Shown: in pieces, positions 17,671 through 26,179 of the stretch | How the letters are laid out: each line of letters begins with the position of its first letter | How positions within the stretch are numbered: the first letter of the stretch is position 1 | Source of the DNA: Myxococcota bacterium | GTDB taxonomy: Bacteria > Myxococcota_A > SURF-8 | DNA: 64,000 nt | Direction of reading: 5' to 3' | NCBI GenBank assembly: GCA_963674735.2 | Contig: CAXXQS010000001.1 | Coordinates: forward strand, 1,632,001 to 1,696,000 | Translations under genes and position numbers: made by a program | The notes under the pieces: model-generated | Told to the model about the DNA's origin: nothing | The model's database searches: none | The model's input: the letters and a program-made list of their open reading frames with translations, nothing else

Positions 17671-19563
17671 ATGCCGCCCAAACGCCGGGACGTGCTCGAC
17701 CTCTTCGATGGCTCTTCGGCCATCGAACTGCGCTATAAAGACCTCATCCGCTCACTGGACGTCCGGCCCGACGAGCGCCGGGTCTTTCGCGCCATCATCG
17801 ACGACATGGTGCGCCAGGACAGCTTGCGGCGCCGCAAAGGCAACATGTACCGACTGGGTTCCAACCTCAAGGCGGGTGTGTCCGCTCCCGGCAAGAAAGA
17901 CGGCCGCCCGACCTCGCGTAAGGAGCAACGGCGAATCCTCTACGAAGGCCTGTACTCCGACGCTGCCCTGCCGACCCGTTTCCCGGCGAAAACCATCGCG
18001 GAAGCGCAAGCCCTGCCCCAGACGATCGTCGACATCCCCAAAACGGCGCGGGATATCCGTGCGCTGCCGCTGGCCACCATCGACCCGGCCGACGCCAAGG
18101 ATTTCGACGACGCCGTAGCCGCCATCGCACGGGAAGACGCCCCGGGAACCCGGCTCATCGTCGCCATCGCCGACGTGTCGCACTTCGTGCGTCCCGGCAG
18201 CGCCCTCGACAAGGAAGCCTTCAAACGCGGCACCAGCGCCTATCTGCCCGGCACCGTCGTCCCCATGCTGCCCCACGAACTCAGCTCGGGATTATGTTCG
18301 CTCAAGCCCAAGGAAGATCGTCTGTGCCTGGCCGCCTTTCTCGATTACAGCCCGGCCGGCCGTCTGGAAGGCATCGATTTCGCCCAGGCCGTGATGAACT
18401 CGCAACGCCGCCTGACCTACAAAGACGCGCAGCGCCGCCTGGAAGGCGAACGCTTCGAGGATCCGGCGCTCGACGACAGCTTCGATCGTCTGCAAACCCT
18501 GTATCGACAGCTTCTCAAAGGCTGGAGCGAACGTGGCAGTCTCGATTTCGATCTGCCCGAGCCCTGGATTCGCTTCAACGACGCCGGAGAGATCAGCGGC
18601 ATCGTTCGCTATCCGCGTCTCGACGCCCACCGCATGATCGAAGTCTTCATGGTGGCGGCCAATGAGGCGGTCGCCGAGTTCCTGTGCGAACGGGAATGGC
18701 CCTGTGTTTATCGCGTCCATGAGCGCCCCGATCCCGAAAAGCTGCTGGCCTTCGGCAACATCGCCCGCACCTTGGGGTATGCCTTTCCGACGGAAGCGCG
18801 CATCGACGGCCGCAAGCTCAACCTGTTTCTGGCAAGCCTGGTCGGCCATGACGATCAGGGCTATCTCAGCACACTGCTTTTGCGCTCGATGAAGCGCGCC
18901 TTTTATCATCCGGACAATCTCGGGCATTTCGGCCTCGGCTTGAAATATTACTGCCATTTCACCTCTCCCATCCGCCGTTATCCCGATCTGGAGGTGCATC
19001 GCCTGCTCAAGCGCGCCCTGGCGGGCTATCCGAACAAAAAAGACATCGCGCGCGCCGCCGGTCGTCTGCCGGAAATTTCCGAAACCTGCTCCACCACGGA
19101 ACGACGCGCGGTGGATGTGGAACGGAAAGCCGTCTCGATCTGCCAATGCGAATACATGGCCACCTTTCTGGGCGATACCTTCGAAGCGAAAATTTCCGGG
19201 ACGATCGAATTCGGTTTCTTCGTTCAGATCAGCGACCCCTTCGTGGAAGGGATGGTACATGTTTCGAATCTGCGCGACGATCACTATCTGCTGGATGCGG
19301 ACGGCCACGCCCTGGTGGGCCAACGCAGCGGACGGCGTTTTCGGCTGGGAGACGCCGTCGAAGTCCGCCTGATTCGCGCCGACATTCCCCTCGGGCGGCT
19401 CGACTTTCAGTTGGCGGATGACGAACCCGGCGCCACGGGTCCGCGAGCGCGCCCCTACCGACCCGCCTCGCGCTCGAACAAACGGGCGGGAGCCGGTTCC
19501 GGTGCAGGCAGCACGCGCCGTCGTCCAAAAGCGCGAAAAAGCGGGGGCAAACGCCGTCGCTGA
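17671..19563 (+). CDS. rnr: Ribonuclease R (RNB family), apparently lacking cold-shock domains
   Basis: TIDPADAKDFDDAV, AIADVSHFV, RGTSAYLP, HFTSPIRRYPDL, S1 domain, basic tail; the N-terminal HTH is joined almost directly to the RNB domain. Confidence 0.88.
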   Translation: MPPKRRDVLDLFDGSSAIELRYKDLIRSLDVRPDERRVFRAIIDDMVRQDSLRRRKGNMYRLGSNLKAGVSAPGKKDGRPTSRKEQRRILYEGLYSDAALPTRFPAKTIAEAQALPQTIVDIPKTARDIRALPLATIDPADAKDFDDAVAAIAREDAPGTRLIVAIADVSHFVRPGSALDKEAFKRGTSAYLPGTVVPMLPHELSSGLCSLKPKEDRLCLAAFLDYSPAGRLEGIDFAQAVMNSQRRLTYKDAQRRLEGERFEDPALDDSFDRLQTLYRQLLKGWSERGSLDFDLPEPWIRFNDAGEISGIVRYPRLDAHRMIEVFMVAANEAVAEFLCEREWPCVYRVHERPDPEKLLAFGNIARTLGYAFPTEARIDGRKLNLFLASLVGHDDQGYLSTLLLRSMKRAFYHPDNLGHFGLGLKYYCHFTSPIRRYPDLEVHRLLKRALAGYPNKKDIARAAGRLPEISETCSTTERRAVDVERKAVSICQCEYMATFLGDTFEAKISGTIEFGFFVQISDPFVEGMVHVSNLRDDHYLLDADGHALVGQRSGRRFRLGDAVEVRLIRADIPLGRLDFQLADDEPGATGPRARPYRPASRSNKRAGAGSGAGSTRRRPKARKSGGKRRR

Positions 19564-19660
19564 TTCTTCTATTTCATGCAATAATCCTTTCGCCCCATCC
19601 ATCATCATGATATGATTACCGGAATTGTTTTACGATTAGAGGGAGCACGTCGAAACCAGC

Positions 19661-21592
19661 ATGCGTATTGACCTATTCGCTTCCGATACAATTAAACTGG
19701 CGGGGAGACAACTTTCGCGGCGTTTCGAGTTGCGTCGTCTGGAAGACCTGCGGCGGGTGCACGGCGATCCGCAACCTTCCGTCATCATCGGAACGGCCCG
19801 TGAACTGGCGTCGCTGTCGCCTAAAAGCATCGACCATCTGCGCGAAGTGGGTGTGCGCATCATCGTTACCGAAGCCGTGCCGGGTACGCCCATGCCCCGC
19901 TTCGAGCGCGAGCTGATTCTCTGCACCCTGCCGCATCTCGATGAACGCGAAGAATGGCGCATCCTTTCCGCCTTCATCAACAACGCCATCGACTTGCTCA
20001 CTTTGCACAATCAGTTGAAGCGAACCCAACAAGACCTCGAAGAAATCATCCAGATCGGCGTTCTGCTCTCTTCGGAAAAAGATACCAACAAACTTTTGGA
20101 ATTGATTTTGACGAAAACCCGCGAAATCACCAATTGCGACGCGGGCTCGCTCTACCTGGTGGAAGAGAAAGACAACAAACGGCAGTTGATGTTCAAGATG
20201 GCCCAGAACGACTCGGTGCCGCTGAACCTCAAAGAATTTCCCATGCCGCTTTCCAATCAGTCGCTGATCGGACATACGCTACTTTCGGGCGAACCCCTGG
20301 TCATCGACAACGCCTACGAAATCGATTCCGAGAAGCCTTACAGCCACGCGCGCTGGGTGGACAAGAAAAACAACTATCGCACCATCACCATTCTAACGGT
20401 TCCGCTCAAGAATCTGAAGGGCGACGTCCTGGGCGGTTTGCAGCTCATCAATCGCAAACGCGACTTCAATATCCGCCTGGTCGATCCGCTGACCGCCATG
20501 GTGGTCGTGCAACCTTTCGACGATCACGCAATCAAGCTGGTCTCATCGCTGGCCTCGCTGGCCGCGGTCACGCTCGAAAAAAACCGGCTGTATGAATCGA
20601 TCAAAGAACTGTTCGATGGTTTCGTAAACGCCGCCGTCAAAGCCATTGAATCTCGCGATCCCACCACCTCCGGCCATTCGGAGCGCGTCGCGATCATCAC
20701 GGAAGGATTGGCCAACGAAGTCAACAAGGCTTCCAGCGGTCCTTTTGCAAAGGTTCATTTCAGCGAAGAACAGTTGCTTGAACTGCGCTATGCCGCGCTG
20801 CTGCACGATTTCGGAAAAGTCGGCGTGCGCGAACACGTCCTCGTCAAAGCCGAAAAACTTTATCCGGGTGAAAAAGCTCTGCTTGAGATGCGCGTCAAAC
20901 TCATCCGGGCGTGTCTTCGGGCCGAAAGCTGGAAACGGCAGCTCGATTACGCCATGCAAAACGGGCTGGAAGCGTTGAACCGCCACGAAAAGGTTTTTCT
21001 GGAGGAAACCGGAGCCCGCATCAGTCAGCTTGAAAACGATCTTTCCATCGTGATGGAAGCCAACATTCCCAAGCTGTTGCCGGAAGGACATTTCGACCAA
21101 CTCGCCGATATCGCCGATCGTCTTTATGCGACGTTCGATGACGAGCCTCTGAAAATCATCGATGAAAAAGAAGCGAAAATTCTCAGCATTCCCAAAGGCA
21201 GCCTCACCGAAGAGGAACGCTTGGAAATCGAATCCCACGTCGAGCACACCAACACGTTTCTCAAGCGAATCAAGTGGACCGACAACCTGCGCGGCATTCC
21301 TGAAATCGCCTATAAACATCACGAGAAACTAAACGGCAAAGGCTATCCGCGCAAACTGACGGAAGCCAATTTACCCATCCAAGCGCGCATGATGACCATC
21401 TGCGATATCTTCGATGCCTTGACCGCCAGCGACCGCCCTTATAAAAAAGCGGTTCCGTTCGATAAGGCGCTCCAGATTCTGGAATTCGAGCGTAAGGCAA
21501 ACCAACTCGATCCGGATCTGCTGGATTTATTTGTCGAAACGAAAGTTTTCAATCTTCTCCTCAAACAAAATACGGAGGAGACGAGTCACTAA
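19661..21592 (+). CDS. GAF + HD-GYP cyclic-dinucleotide phosphodiesterase
   Basis: GAF (DAGSLYLV...GGLQLINR), RDPTTSGHSERV, LLHDFGK, HHEKLNGKGYP, DIFDALTASDRPYKK. Confidence 0.9.
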   Translation: MRIDLFASDTIKLAGRQLSRRFELRRLEDLRRVHGDPQPSVIIGTARELASLSPKSIDHLREVGVRIIVTEAVPGTPMPRFERELILCTLPHLDEREEWRILSAFINNAIDLLTLHNQLKRTQQDLEEIIQIGVLLSSEKDTNKLLELILTKTREITNCDAGSLYLVEEKDNKRQLMFKMAQNDSVPLNLKEFPMPLSNQSLIGHTLLSGEPLVIDNAYEIDSEKPYSHARWVDKKNNYRTITILTVPLKNLKGDVLGGLQLINRKRDFNIRLVDPLTAMVVVQPFDDHAIKLVSSLASLAAVTLEKNRLYESIKELFDGFVNAAVKAIESRDPTTSGHSERVAIITEGLANEVNKASSGPFAKVHFSEEQLLELRYAALLHDFGKVGVREHVLVKAEKLYPGEKALLEMRVKLIRACLRAESWKRQLDYAMQNGLEALNRHEKVFLEETGARISQLENDLSIVMEANIPKLLPEGHFDQLADIADRLYATFDDEPLKIIDEKEAKILSIPKGSLTEEERLEIESHVEHTNTFLKRIKWTDNLRGIPEIAYKHHEKLNGKGYPRKLTEANLPIQARMMTICDIFDALTASDRPYKKAVPFDKALQILEFERKANQLDPDLLDLFVETKVFNLLLKQNTEETSH

Positions 21593-21698
21593 CTCCTTGA
21601 AATCATAAACGGAGTGTCAGCGAATTTGTTTGCACGCAACGTCAGGGGTATGCTATAGAGGTTTTTTTAAGAATCGATAGACAGATCGACATCTTACA

Positions 21699-23087
21699 AT
21701 GAGCAGAAAATACAAAATACTCGTTGTCGACGACGAACCGACCGTCCGCACGGCTATCGCTAACTATTTGAATACGTTTAACTTTGACGTTTTCGAAGCT
21801 GAAGATGGTGAAGAAGCGAAGGGCGTGCTTAGCGAACATTCGCTGGACTTGGTTATAACCGACGTAGCCATGCCGCGCTTCGACGGCATCCAACTGCTCT
21901 CGTATGTGAAAGAACATAATCCCCAGGCCGAAGTCATCATTATCACCGGTTACGGCACGATCGAAATGGCCGTCGAGGTGATGCGACGTGGAGCCTTCAT
22001 CTTTCTCCAAAAACCGATCAAACTTCCGGAACTCAAGGAACAGGTGGAAAAAGCGCTGGGCCTGATGCTCGATAAAAAGCTGCCGCCCGCTTCCATCCGC
22101 AGCAATGTGCAGAAAGAAGGCCTGATCGGCCGCATGGTCAAAAGCAACAATGCGGGCATGAAAGAGCTGTTTTCCATCGCCAAGGTGATTGCTCCAACCG
22201 ATTCGACCGTGCTGATCACCGGCGAATCCGGAACGGGAAAAGAGCTTCTGGCGCAGTACATTCACTTCAACAGCGGCCGCGCCAATTCATCGCTGGTGCC
22301 GGTCAACTGCGGCGCGATTCCGGAAAACCTGATGGAAAGCGAATTTTTCGGACACGTCAAAGGCGCGTTCACCGGCGCCATCAACGCCCGCAAAGGTCGC
22401 TTGAAAGCGGCGGACGGCGGAACGCTGTTTTTGGACGAAGTCGGGGAACTTCCCTTGCACATGCAGGTGAAATTACTGCGAGTTTTACAGCTGAAACAGT
22501 TCGAGCCGGTCGGCTCGACGAAAATGGAAACATCCGATTTCCGCATTATCACGGCCACCAACAAAGATTTGGAGCACGAAGTTGCGGAGTCGAATTTTCG
22601 CGAAGATCTCTATTACCGGCTGAACGTGATTCCCTTGCATATTCCGCCGCTGCGCAATCGGCGCGACGACATCATGAAGCTGGCGCAGTTCTTCGTCGAA
22701 CGGTTCAATCGCGAAAAAGGCTGCAATATCTCAGGCTTTGCCGCAGACACGAGCGAAGCCTTGGTGAATTATTCCTGGCCCGGCAATATCCGCGAACTGG
22801 AAAACATCGTCGAGCGTATGGTGATTATCAACCAGCAAGGTGAAATCGGGCTCGACGAGCTGCCCGCCAAGATTCGCAACGGGGCGAGCCTACCCGAAGA
22901 GCGCACCGTCGAAAACATCCCCGAGAGCGGAATCGATTTCAACAATGAAATCGACAAGTTGGAGAGGCGGCTGATTTCGATGGCCCTCAAACGCACCGGT
23001 GGTAACCGCAACCAGGCGGCCCGTATTCTCAAACTCAACCGCACCACGCTGGTTGAGAAAATCAAAAAGAAGAAGCTGAAAGCCTGA
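21699..23087 (+). CDS. Sigma-54-dependent response regulator (NtrC/AtoC family)
   Basis: Receiver domain, GESGTGKE, GAFTGA, LFLDEVGE, FREDLYYRLNV, WPGNIREL, Fis-type HTH. Confidence 0.95.
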   Translation: MSRKYKILVVDDEPTVRTAIANYLNTFNFDVFEAEDGEEAKGVLSEHSLDLVITDVAMPRFDGIQLLSYVKEHNPQAEVIIITGYGTIEMAVEVMRRGAFIFLQKPIKLPELKEQVEKALGLMLDKKLPPASIRSNVQKEGLIGRMVKSNNAGMKELFSIAKVIAPTDSTVLITGESGTGKELLAQYIHFNSGRANSSLVPVNCGAIPENLMESEFFGHVKGAFTGAINARKGRLKAADGGTLFLDEVGELPLHMQVKLLRVLQLKQFEPVGSTKMETSDFRIITATNKDLEHEVAESNFREDLYYRLNVIPLHIPPLRNRRDDIMKLAQFFVERFNREKGCNISGFAADTSEALVNYSWPGNIRELENIVERMVIINQQGEIGLDELPAKIRNGASLPEERTVENIPESGIDFNNEIDKLERRLISMALKRTGGNRNQAARILKLNRTTLVEKIKKKKLKA

Positions 23088-23240
23088 CCGAACATCCGGT
23101 CGCGTCGCCTTCATCGAACCTCTTCCCCGTCACAAATCCGGCCTTTAACTTTGACGGATGAATCTCGATACGTTATCTTCCGAATCCCGACGGATTGACA
23201 GGGAAAAAACGACATCATGCACACAACAGAGGGGTCATTC

Positions 23241-24578
23241 ATGGAAAGCCATTCGAATAAAGTCGCGAAAATCGTGGCGGATATCAAAGCCATCAACGCC
23301 CGCCGCAACGGCGAACGGGTCCGTTTCGAAAAAGACAGCGTTTCCCATTTCGTCCCCAATCCATTCGACGATGAAAAAGCGGATATCCGTATCGATTTCA
23401 GTCCTTTGAACGAACTGCTGCAAATCGATAAAGAGGCGCTCACCGCCACTGCCGAACCGGGTTTGAGCTTCAGCGAACTCACCCAAGCGACGCTCACCCA
23501 GGGTTTGATGCCGGTGGTAGTGCCCGAACTTAAAGGCATTACGATCGGCGGCGCGGTTTCGGGTTGCTCCATCGAATCGCAATCCTTTCGCTACGGGGGC
23601 TTCCACGATTCCTGCCTCGAATACGAAGCTGTCACGGGCGAAGGCGAGCTCATCACTTGTTCGGAACAGGAAAACCCCGATGTTTTCCACCTGTTACACG
23701 GTTCATACGGCACCCTGGCACGCCTGACGCGCATCACCTTCAAGCTGATGCCGGCCAAACCCTACGTGAAAATGACTTACCGCCGCTTCGACCGTTTTCC
23801 TGAATATTGGGCCGAATTACGCGCACTTTGCGAGTCTGCCGAATTTCCGTTCATCGACGGCATCATTCACGCCAAAGACTGCTTCGTTTTATGTCTCGGT
23901 GAAATGGTCGAAAACCCGCCCTACGTTTCCGATTACACCTGGCTGGACATCTTTTACAAAAGCACCCGCAGCCGCACGGAAGATTACCTGAGTATTTACG
24001 ACTACTTCTTCCGCTACGACACCGAATGCCATTGGCTGACGCGCACCCTGCCGCTCATGGAAAGCAAGCCCGTGCGCTTCGCTCTCGGCAAATGGCTGCT
24101 CGGCTCCACCAACCTGATCACCTGGTCCAAACGCTTGAAACGGGTGCTGCGACTCAAAAAGCGCCCGGAAGTGGTGGTGGATGTTTTCATTCCCGGACGC
24201 CGTTTCGAGGAATTCTACAACTGGTATGAAGCCGATTTCGACTTTTACCCGCTTTGGATCGTTCCCTATCGCATGCCCGCAATTTACCCCTGGGTCAGCG
24301 ACGAACACGCCGCCCGCATGAACGACACGTTCCTGATCGACGCCGCCGTTTACGGCAAGGCAAACACCCGGAAATCAGTCGACTATTCCGAGTTGATGGA
24401 GCGCAAGGTGTTCGAGTTCGACGGCGTCAAGACCTTGATTTCACGCAATCACTACAGCCCCGAAACCTTTTGGTCCATTTACAGCCGACCGCGCATCCAG
24501 ACAATGAAACAGCGCCTCGACCCCGGCAACCTCTTCGGCGATCTGTACGAAAAGTTTTCACCGGAGAAATACGGCTAA
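23241..24578 (+). CDS. FAD-binding oxidoreductase, DHCR24 / Rv3719 (TmsA/BfaA)-like
   Basis: VVPELKGITIGGAVSGCSIESQSFRYG, HGSYGTL, DYLSIYDYFFRYDT, C-terminal K..LDP..LFGDLYEK. Alternative start 23217. Confidence 0.75.
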   Translation: MESHSNKVAKIVADIKAINARRNGERVRFEKDSVSHFVPNPFDDEKADIRIDFSPLNELLQIDKEALTATAEPGLSFSELTQATLTQGLMPVVVPELKGITIGGAVSGCSIESQSFRYGGFHDSCLEYEAVTGEGELITCSEQENPDVFHLLHGSYGTLARLTRITFKLMPAKPYVKMTYRRFDRFPEYWAELRALCESAEFPFIDGIIHAKDCFVLCLGEMVENPPYVSDYTWLDIFYKSTRSRTEDYLSIYDYFFRYDTECHWLTRTLPLMESKPVRFALGKWLLGSTNLITWSKRLKRVLRLKKRPEVVVDVFIPGRRFEEFYNWYEADFDFYPLWIVPYRMPAIYPWVSDEHAARMNDTFLIDAAVYGKANTRKSVDYSELMERKVFEFDGVKTLISRNHYSPETFWSIYSRPRIQTMKQRLDPGNLFGDLYEKFSPEKYG

Positions 24579-25066
24579 CCGTCATTTCGACTCGCCTTCA
24601 AATGAACGCGCGGCCGAATGTCGGTTTACCTATTTGGTTGATATCACAGCCGGTTTTACCCAATCCGCACCTCGACCGACGTTCGCCGACAGGGCCGTCT
24701 TGCCTGAATCAGGGTTTCTCCAGTTATTTCATAGACATACAACCTCATAATTGGAATCCCTAACATTTACATTGATTATATTATACCTACTATATGCCTG
24801 CGTTTATCTTTTTCACTTCATTTGCGGTTATTTTGTTCCGTCGCATCTCCGCCGAGAAACGGCCAGCCATCGACGTAACAAAACGTGATGACAGGGTTAT
24901 TCGCGTCCTCCATTTGCTTTCATGCAGAATCAAATTTTTGCAGACTTGACTGCCGAATTCAAAGGAGATGAAAAGGTGTGACGTATTAGGGCATTCCGAC
25001 TTTTCCGATCTGATTCTTTCCTGACGAAAAACGTGAATACGAAAAAAGCCAGTGATTTCGCGAAAC

Positions 25067-25129
25067 ACGCAGCAAGCGCATTCCGCGTATCAAGCGCATC
25101 CGACGCATCGAACGCATTCGCCGCACCAA
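25067..25129. repeat. Degenerate 9-bp tandem repeat (7 units, CGCA core)
   Basis: acgcagcaa gcgcattcc gcgtatcaa gcgcatccg acgcatcga acgcattcg ccgcaccaa. Confidence 0.6.
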
Positions 25130-25151
25130 GCTATTCAGAAGCGGAAACGCT

Positions 25152-25169
25152 CCTCCCGGACTCGGGAGG
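25152..25169 (-). terminator. GC-rich hairpin, possible terminator of the MBL gene
   Basis: CCTCCCG-GACT-CGGGAGG perfect 7-bp stem ~30 nt after the MBL stop; weak U-tract. Confidence 0.35.
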
Positions 25170-25200
25170 TGAGATGAAAAAGACGATTGACTGACCCCGC

Positions 25201-25983
25201 TCAGAACTCGATGGGCTCGCGATAAGTCGGAACGATCGTCTGCATGCCGGGGCTGTTTTGCCGCACCTGCTTGACAAACGGCTCGGTGGGAATCGCCTGA
25301 CTGATCGGCGGAAAGGCATCGTCGAAATGATGGGCGTACACCGCCTTCGGTTTCAGCTTCGCCGCAATCTCCGCCGCTATTTCCTGAACGCGGCTGTGCC
25401 CCTGCAACGGCAAACTCAAGACATCCACGCCTTGCGGATACGCTTCGTTTTCATCGAGCGCCAGACTACCGAGATGCAACAGGCGCTTGCCGTTATGCTC
25501 GACCAACCAGGCCACGCAACGCCCCATGGGGAACTTCCGATGATCGTCCAGGTTGCGTTTGAGGTTGGGCCAACGGCGCATAAACCCCTTGGAAAGGATG
25601 TTTCCAGCCGTGCTTAATATGATAGGCAAATCGAAACTGATATGTTCTGCTGATAGGGGAGTCACGGAGAAGGGCCCGATTTCGATTTTTTCACCCAGGG
25701 TCGTCTCGACCAGCAGATCCCCGGACAGGCCGTGTTTGCTCTGCAGGTTTCGAGTCACTTCGGCCGGACCGTACGCTTTCTTGTTCAGACTGGGGCAGAA
25801 TTGCGGCAAATCGACACAATGATCGAAATGCCCGTGCGTAATCAGAAACGCATCCGCGTCGACGAGGTCGCGGCTTTCCAACGCGGGTAGCGCCGGGTTA
25901 CGCGTAATGTAAGGATCGAAAACCAGGGCGTGCCCGTCCGCTTCAACCTTGACCGTCGCATTGCCATACCATGTCAGCCGCAT
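25201..25983 (-). CDS. Metallo-beta-lactamase-fold hydrolase (UPF0173/UlaG-like)
   Basis: LTWYGNATV, FDPYI, THGHFDH metal motif, AEH, C-terminal AHHFD. Confidence 0.85.
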   Translation of the reverse strand: MRLTWYGNATVKVEADGHALVFDPYITRNPALPALESRDLVDADAFLITHGHFDHCVDLPQFCPSLNKKAYGPAEVTRNLQSKHGLSGDLLVETTLGEKIEIGPFSVTPLSAEHISFDLPIILSTAGNILSKGFMRRWPNLKRNLDDHRKFPMGRCVAWLVEHNGKRLLHLGSLALDENEAYPQGVDVLSLPLQGHSRVQEIAAEIAAKLKPKAVYAHHFDDAFPPISQAIPTEPFVKQVRQNSPGMQTIVPTYREPIEF

Positions 25984-26179
25984 GCCATCCTCCGCCCCGC
26001 TTGATTGATTTCACAGCCGCCGTCTCTTGCAACGGCAACGCCTAAACGCAACATACCGCAAGATGAATATCCGACACAGAAAAATCCATTTTTCCGATAA
26101 ATATATTTTGACCTCGACCGTCCAAACCCATAACATAAGTATCACGCATTGATTATTTTCGAACATAGTGGGAGGCATC

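Noticed and set aside
18292-19608. Long antisense ORF (438 aa) opposite rnr; similar ones at 50621-52300, 37821-38861 and 27353-28318
   Set aside because: These are shadow ORFs expected from high-GC codon bias opposite well-conserved genes, with no recognisable motifs.
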